Source of the DNA: an uncultured Pelagibacteraceae bacterium
Lineage (GTDB): Bacteria; Pseudomonadota; Alphaproteobacteria; Pelagibacterales; Pelagibacteraceae
DNA: 64,000 nucleotides
Reading direction: 5' to 3'
Assembly: GCA_902560225.1 (NCBI GenBank)
Contig: CACEKT010000002.1
Coordinates: 932-64,931 of the forward strand
Shown: positions 10,120 through 21,027 of the stretch, one piece after another
Numbering within the stretch: the first letter of the stretch is position 1
How the letters are laid out: each line of letters begins with the position of its first letter
The notes under the pieces: generated by a model
What the model was told of the DNA's origin: nothing
The model's input: only the letters and a program-made list of their open reading frames with translations
Databases searched by the model: none
Translations under genes and position numbers: made by a program

Positions 10120-11904
10120 TTGAATAAATATAGAACTCACAACTGTAAGGAACTCAGAAAAGATGATATTAATCAAGAAATTTCTATATCAGGATGGATT
10201 AATAAGAAAAGAGATCATGGAAATCTTTTATTCATTGACCTTAGAGATAACTATGGAATTACACAGTGCATTATAGATAAAGAAAATAAAAATTTTTTAG
10301 AGTTAGAAAAAATACCCCTAGAAACAGTCGTTAAGATACAAGGAAAAGTAGTTAGCCGTTCAATTGAAACAATTAATAAAGAGATAGAAACAGGTGAAAT
10401 TGAAGTTGTAATAAATAAATTTCAAATATTAGGCACTTGTAAGGAATTACCAATGCCAGTATTTAGTGATCAAGAGTATGCTGAAGAAATTAGATTAAAA
10501 TATAGATTTTTAGATTTAAGAAGAAAAAAAATTCATGAAAATATAATTTTAAGATCTAAAGTTATTTCTTATATTAGAAATGAGATGACAAAATTAGATT
10601 TTTTGGAATTTCAAACCCCAATATTAACCTCTTCTAGTCCTGAAGGAGCAAGAGATTTTCTTGTTCCAAGCAGATTAAATCCTGGAAAATTTTATGCACT
10701 GCCACAAGCTCCTCAACAATTTAAACAATTAATTATGGTATCAGGATTTGATAAATATTTTCAAATTGCACCATGTTTTAGAGATGAAGATGCTAGAGCT
10801 GACAGAAGTCCTGGTGAATTTTATCAATTAGACTTAGAAATGTCATTTGTTGAACAAGAGGATGTTTTCAATGTAGTTGAAAAGTTGATGGTTAATACAT
10901 TTAAAAAATTTTCAAATAAAAGATTATTATATGATAAATTTCCAAGAATTCCTTATTCTCAAGCAATGCTTAAATATGGAACTGACAAACCTGATCTTAG
11001 AAATCCATTAATAATTAATGATATATCTGAAATTTTTACAAGAGATGATGTTTCCTTTGAGATATTTAAGAAACTTGTAAAATCAGGTTCTAAAGTTAGA
11101 TGTATTTCAACTAATAACACAAAAGATAAACCAAGAAGTTTTTTTGATGGAATTGATAAATGGGCTAAAGAACAAGGAGCTTCTGGTTTAGCATATTTTA
11201 CATTTGAAAATGATGGAGATCTTTCTGCCAAAGGGCCAATAGGAAAGTTTTTTTCTAAAGAATCATTATCAGAAATAATGAAAAAAACTAATTCCAAAGT
11301 AGGTGATAGTATTTTTATGGCTTGTGGTAAACAGAGCGATTTGGAAAAAATTACTGCTTTAGCTAGAGATAAAATTGCTAATGAATTAGATTTAATTGAT
11401 GAAAATATTTTTGCTTTTTGTTGGATAGTTGACTACCCAATGTTTGAAAGAGATGAGATAACAAATAAGATCAAGTTTAGTCACAATCCCTTTTCAATGC
11501 CCCAGGGTGACTTAGTTGAAAAAGATTTTGAAAACCCTCTGAACATATTAGCTTATCAATATGATATTGTGTGTAATGGTATAGAGCTTTCCTCTGGAGC
11601 TATAAGAAATCACAAACCTGAACTAATGTATAAACTTTTCTCAATAGCTGGATATGACAAGACCCAAGTAGATGAAAAATTTAGTGGAATGATAAATGCA
11701 TTAAGTTATGGGGCCCCTCCTCATGGAGGTATAGCTCCAGGAATAGATAGAATAATAATGTTATTAGCAAATGAAAAAAATATTAGAGAAGTAACAATGT
11801 TTCCAATGAATCAAAATGCTCAAGATTTGATGATGAATGCGCCATCAAGTGTTTCAGAAGAACAAATAAAAGAACTTAACCTATCTATAAAACCTAAAAA
11901 ATAA
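10120..11904 (+). CDS. aspS: Aspartate-tRNA ligase
   Basis: YRTHNC, RDHG, PEGARDF, QIAPCFRDED and GAPPHGGIAPG motifs. Confidence 0.97.
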   Translation: MNKYRTHNCKELRKDDINQEISISGWINKKRDHGNLLFIDLRDNYGITQCIIDKENKNFLELEKIPLETVVKIQGKVVSRSIETINKEIETGEIEVVINKFQILGTCKELPMPVFSDQEYAEEIRLKYRFLDLRRKKIHENIILRSKVISYIRNEMTKLDFLEFQTPILTSSSPEGARDFLVPSRLNPGKFYALPQAPQQFKQLIMVSGFDKYFQIAPCFRDEDARADRSPGEFYQLDLEMSFVEQEDVFNVVEKLMVNTFKKFSNKRLLYDKFPRIPYSQAMLKYGTDKPDLRNPLIINDISEIFTRDDVSFEIFKKLVKSGSKVRCISTNNTKDKPRSFFDGIDKWAKEQGASGLAYFTFENDGDLSAKGPIGKFFSKESLSEIMKKTNSKVGDSIFMACGKQSDLEKITALARDKIANELDLIDENIFAFCWIVDYPMFERDEITNKIKFSHNPFSMPQGDLVEKDFENPLNILAYQYDIVCNGIELSSGAIRNHKPELMYKLFSIAGYDKTQVDEKFSGMINALSYGAPPHGGIAPGIDRIIMLLANEKNIREVTMFPMNQNAQDLMMNAPSSVSEEQIKELNLSIKPKK

Positions 11905-11906
11905 AA

Positions 11907-12728
11907 TTATTTTTTACCTTTTAAACTTATTTTAACATCTGAAAGATCTACGAGGTTTTTTTTGTAATTGTTTCTAACAAAACCTTTACTTGTTATATCT
12001 TTTACAATTTTTAGTAATTGATTTTGATCTTCGGAGTTTTGTTCTTCTGTATTATTATCATTATCACCAATTGAAGGCGTGTGTGCTAAATCTTCTCTAT
12101 TTTGATAAGAAATTGCTAGCTCTCGAAAAATATAATCCAACATTGAACTTGCACTTAATATTCTATCATTTCCATGAACCTTACCCGAAGGCTCAAATTT
12201 TGTTCCAACAAAAGCATTTATAAATTCATCTAGAGGAACACCGTATTGAAGACCTAGTGATACTGCTATCGCAAAATTATTCATTAAGGCTTTAACCAAT
12301 TCACCTTCTTTACTTGTATCAATAAAAATTTCTCCAATTTTTCCGTCCTCATATTCTCCAGTGTGTAGATAAACTTTATGATCTCCAATAGTAGCTTTTT
12401 GTATGTATCCTTTTCTTCTATCAGGCATACTAAATCTTCTTCCATTTTTTTCTGAACTATTATTTAAATTGGCAATTATTTTTTCCTTATCATTGACTGT
12501 GGCTTGATTTCTCCCATTTACAATCTCAGCTTTTTTTGTATCAATAACTTTATTGTTATTAGGATCTAAACTTTTAGTTTTACGATTATCTAATTTAACA
12601 TCTAGAACTTCAAATTTTCCATCATCTCTTTTTTCAAGATTTTTTAACTCTGTTTCATTAACATTATCTAAGTAATGATTTACTTTAAAAGTACACGTAT
12701 AATAAGTCTCAACTAAATATTTTGCCAT
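11907..12728 (-). CDS. Stand-alone protein carrying the C-terminal (TSCPD-type) domain of class II ribonucleotide reductase NrdJ
   Basis: [50 protein letters not shown] and [12 protein letters not shown] resemble the alphaproteobacterial NrdJ C-terminus. At 273 aa it has no catalytic barrel. Confidence 0.8.
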   Translation of the reverse strand: MAKYLVETYYTCTFKVNHYLDNVNETELKNLEKRDDGKFEVLDVKLDNRKTKSLDPNNNKVIDTKKAEIVNGRNQATVNDKEKIIANLNNSSEKNGRRFSMPDRRKGYIQKATIGDHKVYLHTGEYEDGKIGEIFIDTSKEGELVKALMNNFAIAVSLGLQYGVPLDEFINAFVGTKFEPSGKVHGNDRILSASSMLDYIFRELAISYQNREDLAHTPSIGDNDNNTEEQNSEDQNQLLKIVKDITSKGFVRNNYKKNLVDLSDVKISLKGKK

Positions 12729-12843
12729 TTTTCCTCTTTTTAAATTTATTGAATCTTAGGTCAGACAATTTATTTATATACAAAATCATATTTTAGTCTA
12801 ATTTAAATTTTACAATTTTTAATTGAATAAAAAATTAATTTTT

Positions 12844-13203
12844 ATGTTGACACTTTTTAAAAAAATTTTCACCTGGTGGAATCAAGAGACCTTTGGTACA
12901 AAATTAAAAACTATTTTTTTTGGTAAACTTGTTGGTAGTGACATAATAGGAAACAAGTATTACGAAAGTAAAAATGGTAAAAGATGGGTTATTTATGCAG
13001 ATACAGTTGACGCATCAAAAATACCAGTGGAATGGTTTTCATGGATACATTACACTAACAACAAAATTGAAAAAGATCATAATTTTGAAAAATACAGTTG
13101 GCAAAAACCCCATCAGTCAAATTTAACTGGTACTGACGAAGCATATTATCCAAATAAAAATAAAGATGGTAATAAAAAAAAATATTCAACTTGGAAAGAG
13201 TAA
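12844..13203 (+). CDS. NADH:ubiquinone oxidoreductase NDUFA12-family subunit
   Basis: GKLVGSD..GNKYY, KRWVIY, ASKIPVEWFSWIH and WQKPHQSNLTGT motifs. Confidence 0.9.
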   Translation: MLTLFKKIFTWWNQETFGTKLKTIFFGKLVGSDIIGNKYYESKNGKRWVIYADTVDASKIPVEWFSWIHYTNNKIEKDHNFEKYSWQKPHQSNLTGTDEAYYPNKNKDGNKKKYSTWKE

Positions 13204-13573
13204 ATTTCTTCTAATTTTATTTGTTTTCTTTGTATATTTTATTTTTATTAGCAAATCTATTTCTGATAATAAACTTGAGGGTTCATATACAGAATTAAAA
13301 GTATTAGATAAAATAAGTTCTAAAAATACACTGCTTAAGATTAAAAATACTGAATTAATTAAATTTAAAGATTTATCTATAAAAAGTTTAAAATGTAAAA
13401 ATTCAGAGTTTGATGATGATCCTGAAATTGTTGCATATGTTCAAGTAAAAGATTTAACAAATGAAAAAAATGATGAAGTATTTGTTTTTAATGGATGGAT
13501 GTTTTCTTCAAGCCCATCTATAGTTCCATTTGATCACCCAGTTTATGATATTTGGTTAGTTGATTGTTATTAG
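13166..13573 (+). CDS. DUF2155-family exported protein
   Basis: LDKI..K and FNGWMFSSSPS..PFDHPVYDIWLVDC motifs. Confidence 0.85.
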   Translation: MVIKKNIQLGKSKFLLILFVFFVYFIFISKSISDNKLEGSYTELKVLDKISSKNTLLKIKNTELIKFKDLSIKSLKCKNSEFDDDPEIVAYVQVKDLTNEKNDEVFVFNGWMFSSSPSIVPFDHPVYDIWLVDCY

Positions 13574-14907
13574 ATAATAGTATCTCTATCAAGCCAACCT
13601 ACATTAAAGTCAGAGTTTATAAATTTTTTATGGTTTAAAATTTTTTTATGAAGAGGGATAGTTGTTGTTATACCTTCTATTACAAATTCATCTAATGATC
13701 TGTTCATTCTCTGGATAGCTTCAGTTCGATTTCTTCCATGACAGATCAATTTACATATCATACTATCATAATAAGGGGTCACTTTATAACCTTGAAATAT
13801 TGCACCATCTACTCGTGTTCTAAAGCCTGATGGTTGGTGGCACATTCCAATAATTCCTGGAGAGGGTTGAAAATTTTTACTAGCATCCTCAGCATTAATT
13901 CTGCACTCAATTGCATGACCCCTTGGGATAACATCTCTTTGTTGTAAAGCAGTTTCACCAGTAAAAGCAATCCAAATTTGCTCTTTTATAATATCTATAC
14001 CAGTAACCATTTCTGTAACTGGATGTTCAACTTGTACTCTCGTATTCATTTCTAGAAAGTAAAATTTTCCATCTTCATAAATAAACTCAACTGTTCCAGC
14101 TCCCACGTAACCAATTTTAGCAACCATGTTCACGGTTTTTTCAAAAAGATCTTTTCTGATATTATCATTTAAAACTGGACTAGGCGTTTCTTCAATTAAT
14201 TTTTGATGCCTTCTTTGAACAGAACAGTCTCTTTCATGTAAATGAACAACTCTATTTTTTCCAGCTAAAATTTGAACCTCAATGTGTCTTGGATTTTGAA
14301 AGAATTTTTCAATATACACTTCATCATTTCCAAAATATTTTTGGGCCTCTAACTTAGCTGTAGAGAATAAATTTTCAAATTCTTCATTTTTATAAACAAT
14401 TTTCATACCTTTTCCACCACCACCGCCTGAGGCTTTTATTAAAACAGGAAATCCAATTTTTTTGCACAATTCTTTTGCTTCATTTATGTCTTTAACACCA
14501 CCTTCTGAACCCTCTATTACCGGTAAACCATTTTCCTTAGCAATTTTTTTTGCTTGAATTTTATCACCCATCATTTCAATTAATTTAGAAGAAGCTCCGA
14601 TAAATTTAATTTTATTTTCTTCAAGTATTCTCGCAAAATTGGCATTTTCTGATAAGAATCCATAACCTGGATGTACTGCTTCAGCATTAGTAAGTTCAAT
14701 TGCTGACATTAAAGCTGGAATATTTAAATAGCTATTTGCTGGTTGATGTGAACCAATACAAACACTTTCATCTGCCATTCTTACATGCATACTTTCTCTA
14801 TCAACATCAGAATGAACCGCAACAGTTTCAATACCCCATTCTTTACAAGCTCGAATAATTCTAACTGCAATTTCCCCACGGTTAGCAATTAAAATCTTTT
14901 TAAACAT
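13570..14907 (-). CDS. accC: Acetyl-CoA carboxylase biotin carboxylase
   Basis: ILIANRGEIA, HPGYGFLSEN, ERDCSVQRRHQK and EMNTRVQVEH motifs. Confidence 0.97.
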   Translation of the reverse strand: MFKKILIANRGEIAVRIIRACKEWGIETVAVHSDVDRESMHVRMADESVCIGSHQPANSYLNIPALMSAIELTNAEAVHPGYGFLSENANFARILEENKIKFIGASSKLIEMMGDKIQAKKIAKENGLPVIEGSEGGVKDINEAKELCKKIGFPVLIKASGGGGGKGMKIVYKNEEFENLFSTAKLEAQKYFGNDEVYIEKFFQNPRHIEVQILAGKNRVVHLHERDCSVQRRHQKLIEETPSPVLNDNIRKDLFEKTVNMVAKIGYVGAGTVEFIYEDGKFYFLEMNTRVQVEHPVTEMVTGIDIIKEQIWIAFTGETALQQRDVIPRGHAIECRINAEDASKNFQPSPGIIGMCHQPSGFRTRVDGAIFQGYKVTPYYDSMICKLICHGRNRTEAIQRMNRSLDEFVIEGITTTIPLHKKILNHKKFINSDFNVGWLDRDTII

Positions 14908-14912
14908 TGTTT

Positions 14913-15347
14913 TTATTCTAGAATAATAATAGTTTGACCAAATTCAACTGGTTGACCATCATCGACACAAACTTCCTTGACAGTACCGTCAGCAGTAGAA
15001 GGAATATGATTCATAGTTTTCATAGCTTCTACAATCATTATAGTATCACCTTTTTTAATTTTTTTACCTACCTCAATAAATTTTTTTGCACCCGGTTCTG
15101 GTGAATGATATGCTGTACCAATAATAGGTGAAGTAACTTCTATTCCAGTTTTAATATTACTTTTACTTGACATATTTTGAGTTTTAGAAGTTTCATTAGA
15201 CGAAGCAATTGATGGTTGGTTATTTATAGATAGGTTATTTTTTGATACTTTGATTTTAGTATCTTTTTCTGTAATCTCAATTTCTGTAAGATTAAATTCT
15301 TTTAAGTATTCGCTTAATTCTTTAATAATACTTTTATCAATTTTCAT
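14913..15347 (-). CDS. accB: Biotin carboxyl carrier protein
   Basis: EAMKTMN biotinylation motif. Confidence 0.96.
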   Translation of the reverse strand: MKIDKSIIKELSEYLKEFNLTEIEITEKDTKIKVSKNNLSINNQPSIASSNETSKTQNMSSKSNIKTGIEVTSPIIGTAYHSPEPGAKKFIEVGKKIKKGDTIMIVEAMKTMNHIPSTADGTVKEVCVDDGQPVEFGQTIIILE

Positions 15348-15783
15348 TTTGTAAGATCTTTTGTATTGAAATTATGGCCAAAATATAACCCTCAGCACCT
15401 AAACCAAAAATACCGCCTGTAGCAATATCACTTATGAGGGATTTATGTCTAAATTCCTCTCTTTTATAAATATTTGAAATATGAAGTTCAATTATTGGTT
15501 TTTTAAATAAATCAAGCGCATCTCTTATAGCTACGGAGGTATGTGTAAAACCAGCTGCATTAATTATGATTCCATCATAATTTTTTCTAGAATCTTGTAT
15601 TATATTTACTAATTCTCCCTCTATATTTGATTGTGCAAATTCTAATTTAATCCCTATCTCATGTGCTTTTTTTAAACAATTTTCTTTTAAATCTTTAAAA
15701 GTTGTTGATCCATATTGTGATTGTTCTCTTTCTCCTAATAGATTAATATTTGGACCATTAATAATAATTATTTTATTATTCAT
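15337..15783 (-). CDS. aroQ: Type II 3-dehydroquinate dehydratase
   Basis: NGPNINLLGERE, THTSVAIRDA and ELHISNIYKREEFRH motifs. Confidence 0.96.
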   Translation of the reverse strand: MNNKIIIINGPNINLLGEREQSQYGSTTFKDLKENCLKKAHEIGIKLEFAQSNIEGELVNIIQDSRKNYDGIIINAAGFTHTSVAIRDALDLFKKPIIELHISNIYKREEFRHKSLISDIATGGIFGLGAEGYILAIISIQKILQNEN

Positions 15784-15799
15784 TCAGCATTTATATACG

Positions 15800-16018
15800 A
15801 TGAAAAAAATAAACAAAATAAAAATTAGAGTAAATGGTAAAGTAAAAATTATTGCTGATAATTCTAAACTATCAGTTTTAGTTAATAATCTTAAAATTCC
15901 CCTCAAAAAGGTAGCAATTGAACTTAATCGAGAAATAATAAACAAAAATAATCTAAATAAAATATATCTTAAAAAAAAAGATAATATTGAAATAGTCCAT
16001 TTTATTGGAGGAGGTTAA
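15800..16018 (+). CDS. thiS: Thiamine sulfur carrier protein
   Basis: 72 aa ending IEIVHFIGGG, directly before thiG. Confidence 0.93.
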   Translation: MKKINKIKIRVNGKVKIIADNSKLSVLVNNLKIPLKKVAIELNREIINKNNLNKIYLKKKDNIEIVHFIGGG

Positions 16019-16019
16019 A

Positions 16020-16793
16020 TTGAAAAGTGATAAATTTATAATTGCAAAGAAAAAATTTACTTCAAGATTAATAGTGGGCACAGGAAAATACAAAAGTATG
16101 ACTGAATGCGCGAAAGCAATTAGTTTATCTGGTGCTGAAATTGTAACTGTGGCTGTGAGAAGAGTAAATATTACAGATAAAAAAAAACCTCTTTTAATGG
16201 ATTATATAAATCCTAAAAAAATCACATATTTACCAAATACAGCTGGATGTTTTAATTCTAAAGATGCTTTAAGAACGCTAAGGTTAGCAAGGGAAATAGG
16301 TGGATGGAAGTTAGTTAAATTGGAAGTGCTGGGTGATAAACAAAATTTATTTCCAGATATGATTGAAACTCTAAAATCAACAGAAGTTCTAACTAAAGAG
16401 GGATTTAAAGTTATGGTTTATTGTAATGATGATCCATTAATGGCCAAGCGTCTTGAAAATGCAGGAGCAGTTGCCATTATGCCTTTAGCAGCTCCTATAG
16501 GATCAGGTCTCGGGATTCAAAATAAAATTAATATTCAAATAATAAGAAAACAAACTAGGCTTCCTTTAATTATAGATGCTGGTTTAGGTCAAGCATCTGA
16601 TGCAACAATCGCTATGGAATTGGGTTGCGATGGGGTATTAGTTAACACAGCAATTGCAAAAGCAAAAAAACCTTTTGATATGGCTCTAGCATTTAAAAAT
16701 GCAGTTATTTCAGGTAGACAGTCTTATCATTCAGGCAGAATAGAAAAACGTTTAATGGGCAACCCGTCTTCACCTATAAAAGGTATTATTTAA
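16020..16793 (+). CDS. thiG: Thiazole synthase
   Basis: SRLIVGTGKY, LPNTAGC, KLEV and MPLAAPIGSG motifs. TTG 16020 follows GGAGG. Confidence 0.96.
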   Translation: MKSDKFIIAKKKFTSRLIVGTGKYKSMTECAKAISLSGAEIVTVAVRRVNITDKKKPLLMDYINPKKITYLPNTAGCFNSKDALRTLRLAREIGGWKLVKLEVLGDKQNLFPDMIETLKSTEVLTKEGFKVMVYCNDDPLMAKRLENAGAVAIMPLAAPIGSGLGIQNKINIQIIRKQTRLPLIIDAGLGQASDATIAMELGCDGVLVNTAIAKAKKPFDMALAFKNAVISGRQSYHSGRIEKRLMGNPSSPIKGII

Positions 16794-18594
16794 TTTTTTT
16801 TTTAAAATATTTTTTTTTGTTAAAAGTCTTTTTATTAAACTTTTTTATAACCTTTTTTTCAGTAATTTTATCTTCCTTACTTTGTTGCTTTATACTTTTT
16901 AATTTCTCAAAGTATTCAACTAGTTCGATCGTTTTTTTAGTTTTATTTTGAAAGTTAATTATATATTCAGGTATTATAAGAGAAGTATCACTAATTATAT
17001 CTATCTTCATTTTATTTTTTTTTTCAAAATATGTTAAATCCTCTACAAAATTTTCTTTCAAGAAATCTGAAATTTTTTCACAAACTTTTAACTCAACAAA
17101 TTTAGCTTTATTGACTACTGCTTTTAATTCAACAGTTTTCAATAGTTTTTGAGCAAACGACTCATCTGTAAGAGTTACTTTCCACTTAATTGCACTTTCT
17201 CTAAGTCTTTGTCTTGACATTTCTAATAGACCGAAATTGCTTATTCTTCCTAATTGGATACGAGCTCTATCTATTCTACATTTTTCTTTAAGTTTTCTTT
17301 CAACGAGCCTTCTATTTCCATAATTAATCATATCTATAAAATCAATTATAATTAGGCCTGATAAATCTCTTATTTTTATTTGTCTAGCAATCTCTTCGGC
17401 TGCTTCAATGTTTGTATCTAATGCTGTACTTTCAATATTTTTACCTTTTATTGAGCTTCCAGAGTTAATATCTATTGATACTAATGCTTCAGTTGGGTTA
17501 ATTACTAAATATCCACCAGATTTAAGTTTAACTTGAGAGTCAAATATTTGGTTAAGTTTTTGTTCAATATTTTTTTCAATAAATAATGGAACTTTACCTC
17601 TATATTTTTTTATTTTTTTTACTGATGATGGCATTGTCATTTTCATAAAAGCTTGTGCTTTCTTATAACCTTCGTTACCTTCTATGATAATATTTTTAGT
17701 ATTATCATCAAACATATCTCTTATAGTTCTCTTGATGATTTCACTTTCTTGATGAATTAAAGCAGGAGCTATTGAATTAATAGCTGTATCTTTGATTTGA
17801 CCCCAGTTATTGATCAATGCTACTAAATCATTATTAATTTCATTTCTGGTTTTATTGCATCCAGCAGTTCTTACAATTAAGCCCATTTCTTTTGGAATCT
17901 CTACTTCATTTAAAATGGTTCTAATTTTTTTTCTATCTGTTGGATTAAATATCTTTCTAGAGATACCACCACCTTTTGGAGTGTTTGGCATCAAAACAAT
18001 ATATTTTCCAGCGATAGAAATAAAAGTACTTAAAGCAGCACCTTTTTGACCTCTCTCATCTTTAATAACTTGTACAAGTATAACTTGATTTGGTTTTATA
18101 ACTTCTTGAATTTTGTATCTTTTATTTTTGATTCTATATTTTTTCTTATTTTCTTTATCTTCATCTATAGCTTCTTTTTCATCTGAAGATTCTGAATTAT
18201 TAATTTCTTCAGATATTTCCTTTTCAACAGGATCATCAATTTCAAGTTTTCCTTGGGCAATATTTTCTTCTTCTTTTGCTTCAACTTGCTTTGATAACTC
18301 TTCTCTTAATCTTTCTTCTTCCTGTTTAATTTTTTCTAAATCACTTTTTGGAATTTGATAATAATCAGATTGGATATCATTAAATGATAAAAACCCATGT
18401 CTCTCTCTTCCAAAATCAATAAATGCAGCTTGAAGAGATGGTTCTATCCTGCTTACTTTTCCAAGGTAAATATTGTTCTTAATTAAATTATTTTTTAAAC
18501 CTTCGTACTCATAATCTTCAATGTTATCTTCAGATTGGAGAACAACTCTGGTTTCATTTGGATGCGAGGCATCAATGTATAAATTTTTTTCCAT
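16786..18594 (-). CDS. rne: Ribonuclease E/G family endoribonuclease
   Basis: NIYLGKVSRIEPSLQAAF, acidic S1 insertion, IDINSG, IDFIDM and FGLLEMSRQR motifs. Confidence 0.92.
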   Translation of the reverse strand: MEKNLYIDASHPNETRVVLQSEDNIEDYEYEGLKNNLIKNNIYLGKVSRIEPSLQAAFIDFGRERHGFLSFNDIQSDYYQIPKSDLEKIKQEEERLREELSKQVEAKEEENIAQGKLEIDDPVEKEISEEINNSESSDEKEAIDEDKENKKKYRIKNKRYKIQEVIKPNQVILVQVIKDERGQKGAALSTFISIAGKYIVLMPNTPKGGGISRKIFNPTDRKKIRTILNEVEIPKEMGLIVRTAGCNKTRNEINNDLVALINNWGQIKDTAINSIAPALIHQESEIIKRTIRDMFDDNTKNIIIEGNEGYKKAQAFMKMTMPSSVKKIKKYRGKVPLFIEKNIEQKLNQIFDSQVKLKSGGYLVINPTEALVSIDINSGSSIKGKNIESTALDTNIEAAEEIARQIKIRDLSGLIIIDFIDMINYGNRRLVERKLKEKCRIDRARIQLGRISNFGLLEMSRQRLRESAIKWKVTLTDESFAQKLLKTVELKAVVNKAKFVELKVCEKISDFLKENFVEDLTYFEKKNKMKIDIISDTSLIIPEYIINFQNKTKKTIELVEYFEKLKSIKQQSKEDKITEKKVIKKFNKKTFNKKKYFKKKIK

Positions 18595-18690
18595 AATATT
18601 TTGATTAATTGTTTCACTTTTTTTTTATATAAATTTTGTTTAATTCTAATGCCTTATCTTTAACAAATTCCTAGATATAATGGAAATAAA

Positions 18691-21027
18691 ATGAATAAGT
18701 TTTTAAAAAATATATTGTTAATTTTAGTAAGTTTTCTTTTAATTTTAACTATTATTATTTTTAGCATCCTTTTGAATTATTCTAACAAGATTCCTGATTA
18801 TAAATTTTTGAAAAATTACAAACCTCCAGTTTCAAGCAAAGTATACTCTGGAAACGGCGAACTAGTTGCAGATTTTTCTAAGGAAAAAAGAATATTTATT
18901 CCTTATAACGCAATTCCAAAAAAAGTAATTTATTCATTTTTATCTGCTGAAGATAAAAATTTTTTCTCTCATCCTGGTGTTGATGCAAAAGGGGTTTTAA
19001 GAGCAACAATCAATAATATTTCAAATATAATTTCGTCAAAAAGATTAGAAGGAGCATCAACAATCACACAACAAGTAGCAAAAAACTTTTTACTAACAAA
19101 TGAAGTAAGCTTTAATAGAAAAATTAAAGAGGCAATACTAGCTTTTAGAATAGAAAGAGCACTATCTAAAGAGCGAATTCTAGAACTTTATTTAAATCAA
19201 ATATATCTTGGAAGTGGTGCTTATGGTGTTGCAGCAGCTAGTTTACAATATTTTGATAAATCTATTAAAGATTTAAATTATTCTGAAGCAGCTTTATTAG
19301 CCGCACTTCCAAAAGCTCCAAGTAAGTATAATCCTTATAGGGATATAGAATTAGCAAAATATAGAAGAAATTTGGTTTTAAAAAATTTATACGACAATAA
19401 ATATATAGACTTACATTTATATAAAAAGCTCCAAAAAGAAAAAATCAATTTAAATAAGTCAAAAAAAATCTATTTGGAAGATGCACAATATTATATTGAA
19501 GACGTTAGAAAAAATGTAATTGAAAATTTTACGTATGATAAAGTTTACAAACAAGGATTTAACATTAACATACCAATTAATTTACAATACCAAAAAATTG
19601 CAACTAATGTTCTTAGAGAAGGTTTAATAGCTTACGATAAAAGAAAAGGATGGAGGGGTCCTTTAGCAAATAAAAACCATAATAAAAATTGGAATAATAA
19701 TTTTGAAAAATTTAGGTTAGAAAAATCGATTGGCTGGGAAATCGCAATAATTAAAAAATTAAATAAATTTTCTGCTGAAATTGAAACTGAGAATAAAATA
19801 AATGGTATAATTGAATATAAAAATATTTCTTGGACAAAAAAAGAATTTAATCAATTATTAAAACTTGGAGATATCGTTTATGTTAAAAAAATTGATGATA
19901 AAAATTTTAGTTTAAAACAATTACCTCAAATTAATGGAGGGATTGTAGTGATGGATCCATATACAGGTAGAGTTTTAGCTTTAAGCGGTGGTTTTAGTTT
20001 TAAGAAAAGTGAATTTAACAGAGCGACTCAAGCTTTAAGACAACCTGGTTCAGCTTTTAAACCATTTGTTTATGCATTAGCATTAGAAAACAATTATACT
20101 CCAACCTCTTTAATTTTAGATGCTCCATTAGTTCTAGATCAAGGATACGATTTAAAAATGTGGAAACCTGAAAATTATGGAAAAAAATTTTATGGACTTT
20201 CAACATTGAGAACGGGTTTAGAAAAATCTAGAAATTTAATGACAGTAAGAATTGCTCAAGATTTAGGCCTTAGTAAAATAATTAATTTTGCAGAAAACCT
20301 TGGTATATATGAAAATCCAGATGAACTCCTATCTATTTCGCTAGGTTCTGCAGAAACAACTCTTTTAAAACTAACTTCTGCATATTCAGCATTTGTTAAT
20401 GGAGGTAAAGTAGTTGATGCAATTTTAATAGATAGAATTCAAGACAGTGAAGGAGAAACAATTTTTAATAACGATGGTAGAAAATGTATTAATTGTGACC
20501 AAATCTCATATCTGGGAAATGACTATCCAAACATAAAAGATAACTATAAGAAAGTATTTTCACCGCAAACTGCTTATCAAATGACCTCTATACTTGAAGG
20601 AGTAGTTCAAAGAGGAACAGGAAAAAAATTGAGAGACCTTAAATTAAATATAGCTGGAAAAACAGGTACCACAAATAAAAACGCAGACACTTGGTTTATT
20701 GGTTTTACATCAAATTTATTAGTTGGCGTCTATGTTGGTTCTGATAACCCTATGCCTTTAGGAAGGTATGAGACAGGCTCAAAAACTGCATTACCAATTT
20801 TTAAAAACTTTATACAAAAAGTAGTTAAAAAATCTGATGCTAGACCTTTTAAAGCTGCCAAAGGTACAGTTATGATGGTTATAGACCCTGATACTGGTCA
20901 AAAAGCAAAATTTTCATCTAAAAATACAATTATTGAGGTCTATAAAGAAAAAAATATAATTGATGGAAAAGTAATTTTTTTAAATAATAATAGATTAGAC
21001 ACTAATAATATATTAAAGTTTTATTAA
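18691..21027 (+). CDS. mrcA: Penicillin-binding protein 1A
   Basis: AEDKNFFSHPG, GASTITQQVAKN, RQPGSAFKP, SRN and KTGT motifs. Confidence 0.95.
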   Translation: MNKFLKNILLILVSFLLILTIIIFSILLNYSNKIPDYKFLKNYKPPVSSKVYSGNGELVADFSKEKRIFIPYNAIPKKVIYSFLSAEDKNFFSHPGVDAKGVLRATINNISNIISSKRLEGASTITQQVAKNFLLTNEVSFNRKIKEAILAFRIERALSKERILELYLNQIYLGSGAYGVAAASLQYFDKSIKDLNYSEAALLAALPKAPSKYNPYRDIELAKYRRNLVLKNLYDNKYIDLHLYKKLQKEKINLNKSKKIYLEDAQYYIEDVRKNVIENFTYDKVYKQGFNINIPINLQYQKIATNVLREGLIAYDKRKGWRGPLANKNHNKNWNNNFEKFRLEKSIGWEIAIIKKLNKFSAEIETENKINGIIEYKNISWTKKEFNQLLKLGDIVYVKKIDDKNFSLKQLPQINGGIVVMDPYTGRVLALSGGFSFKKSEFNRATQALRQPGSAFKPFVYALALENNYTPTSLILDAPLVLDQGYDLKMWKPENYGKKFYGLSTLRTGLEKSRNLMTVRIAQDLGLSKIINFAENLGIYENPDELLSISLGSAETTLLKLTSAYSAFVNGGKVVDAILIDRIQDSEGETIFNNDGRKCINCDQISYLGNDYPNIKDNYKKVFSPQTAYQMTSILEGVVQRGTGKKLRDLKLNIAGKTGTTNKNADTWFIGFTSNLLVGVYVGSDNPMPLGRYETGSKTALPIFKNFIQKVVKKSDARPFKAAKGTVMMVIDPDTGQKAKFSSKNTIIEVYKEKNIIDGKVIFLNNNRLDTNNILKFY

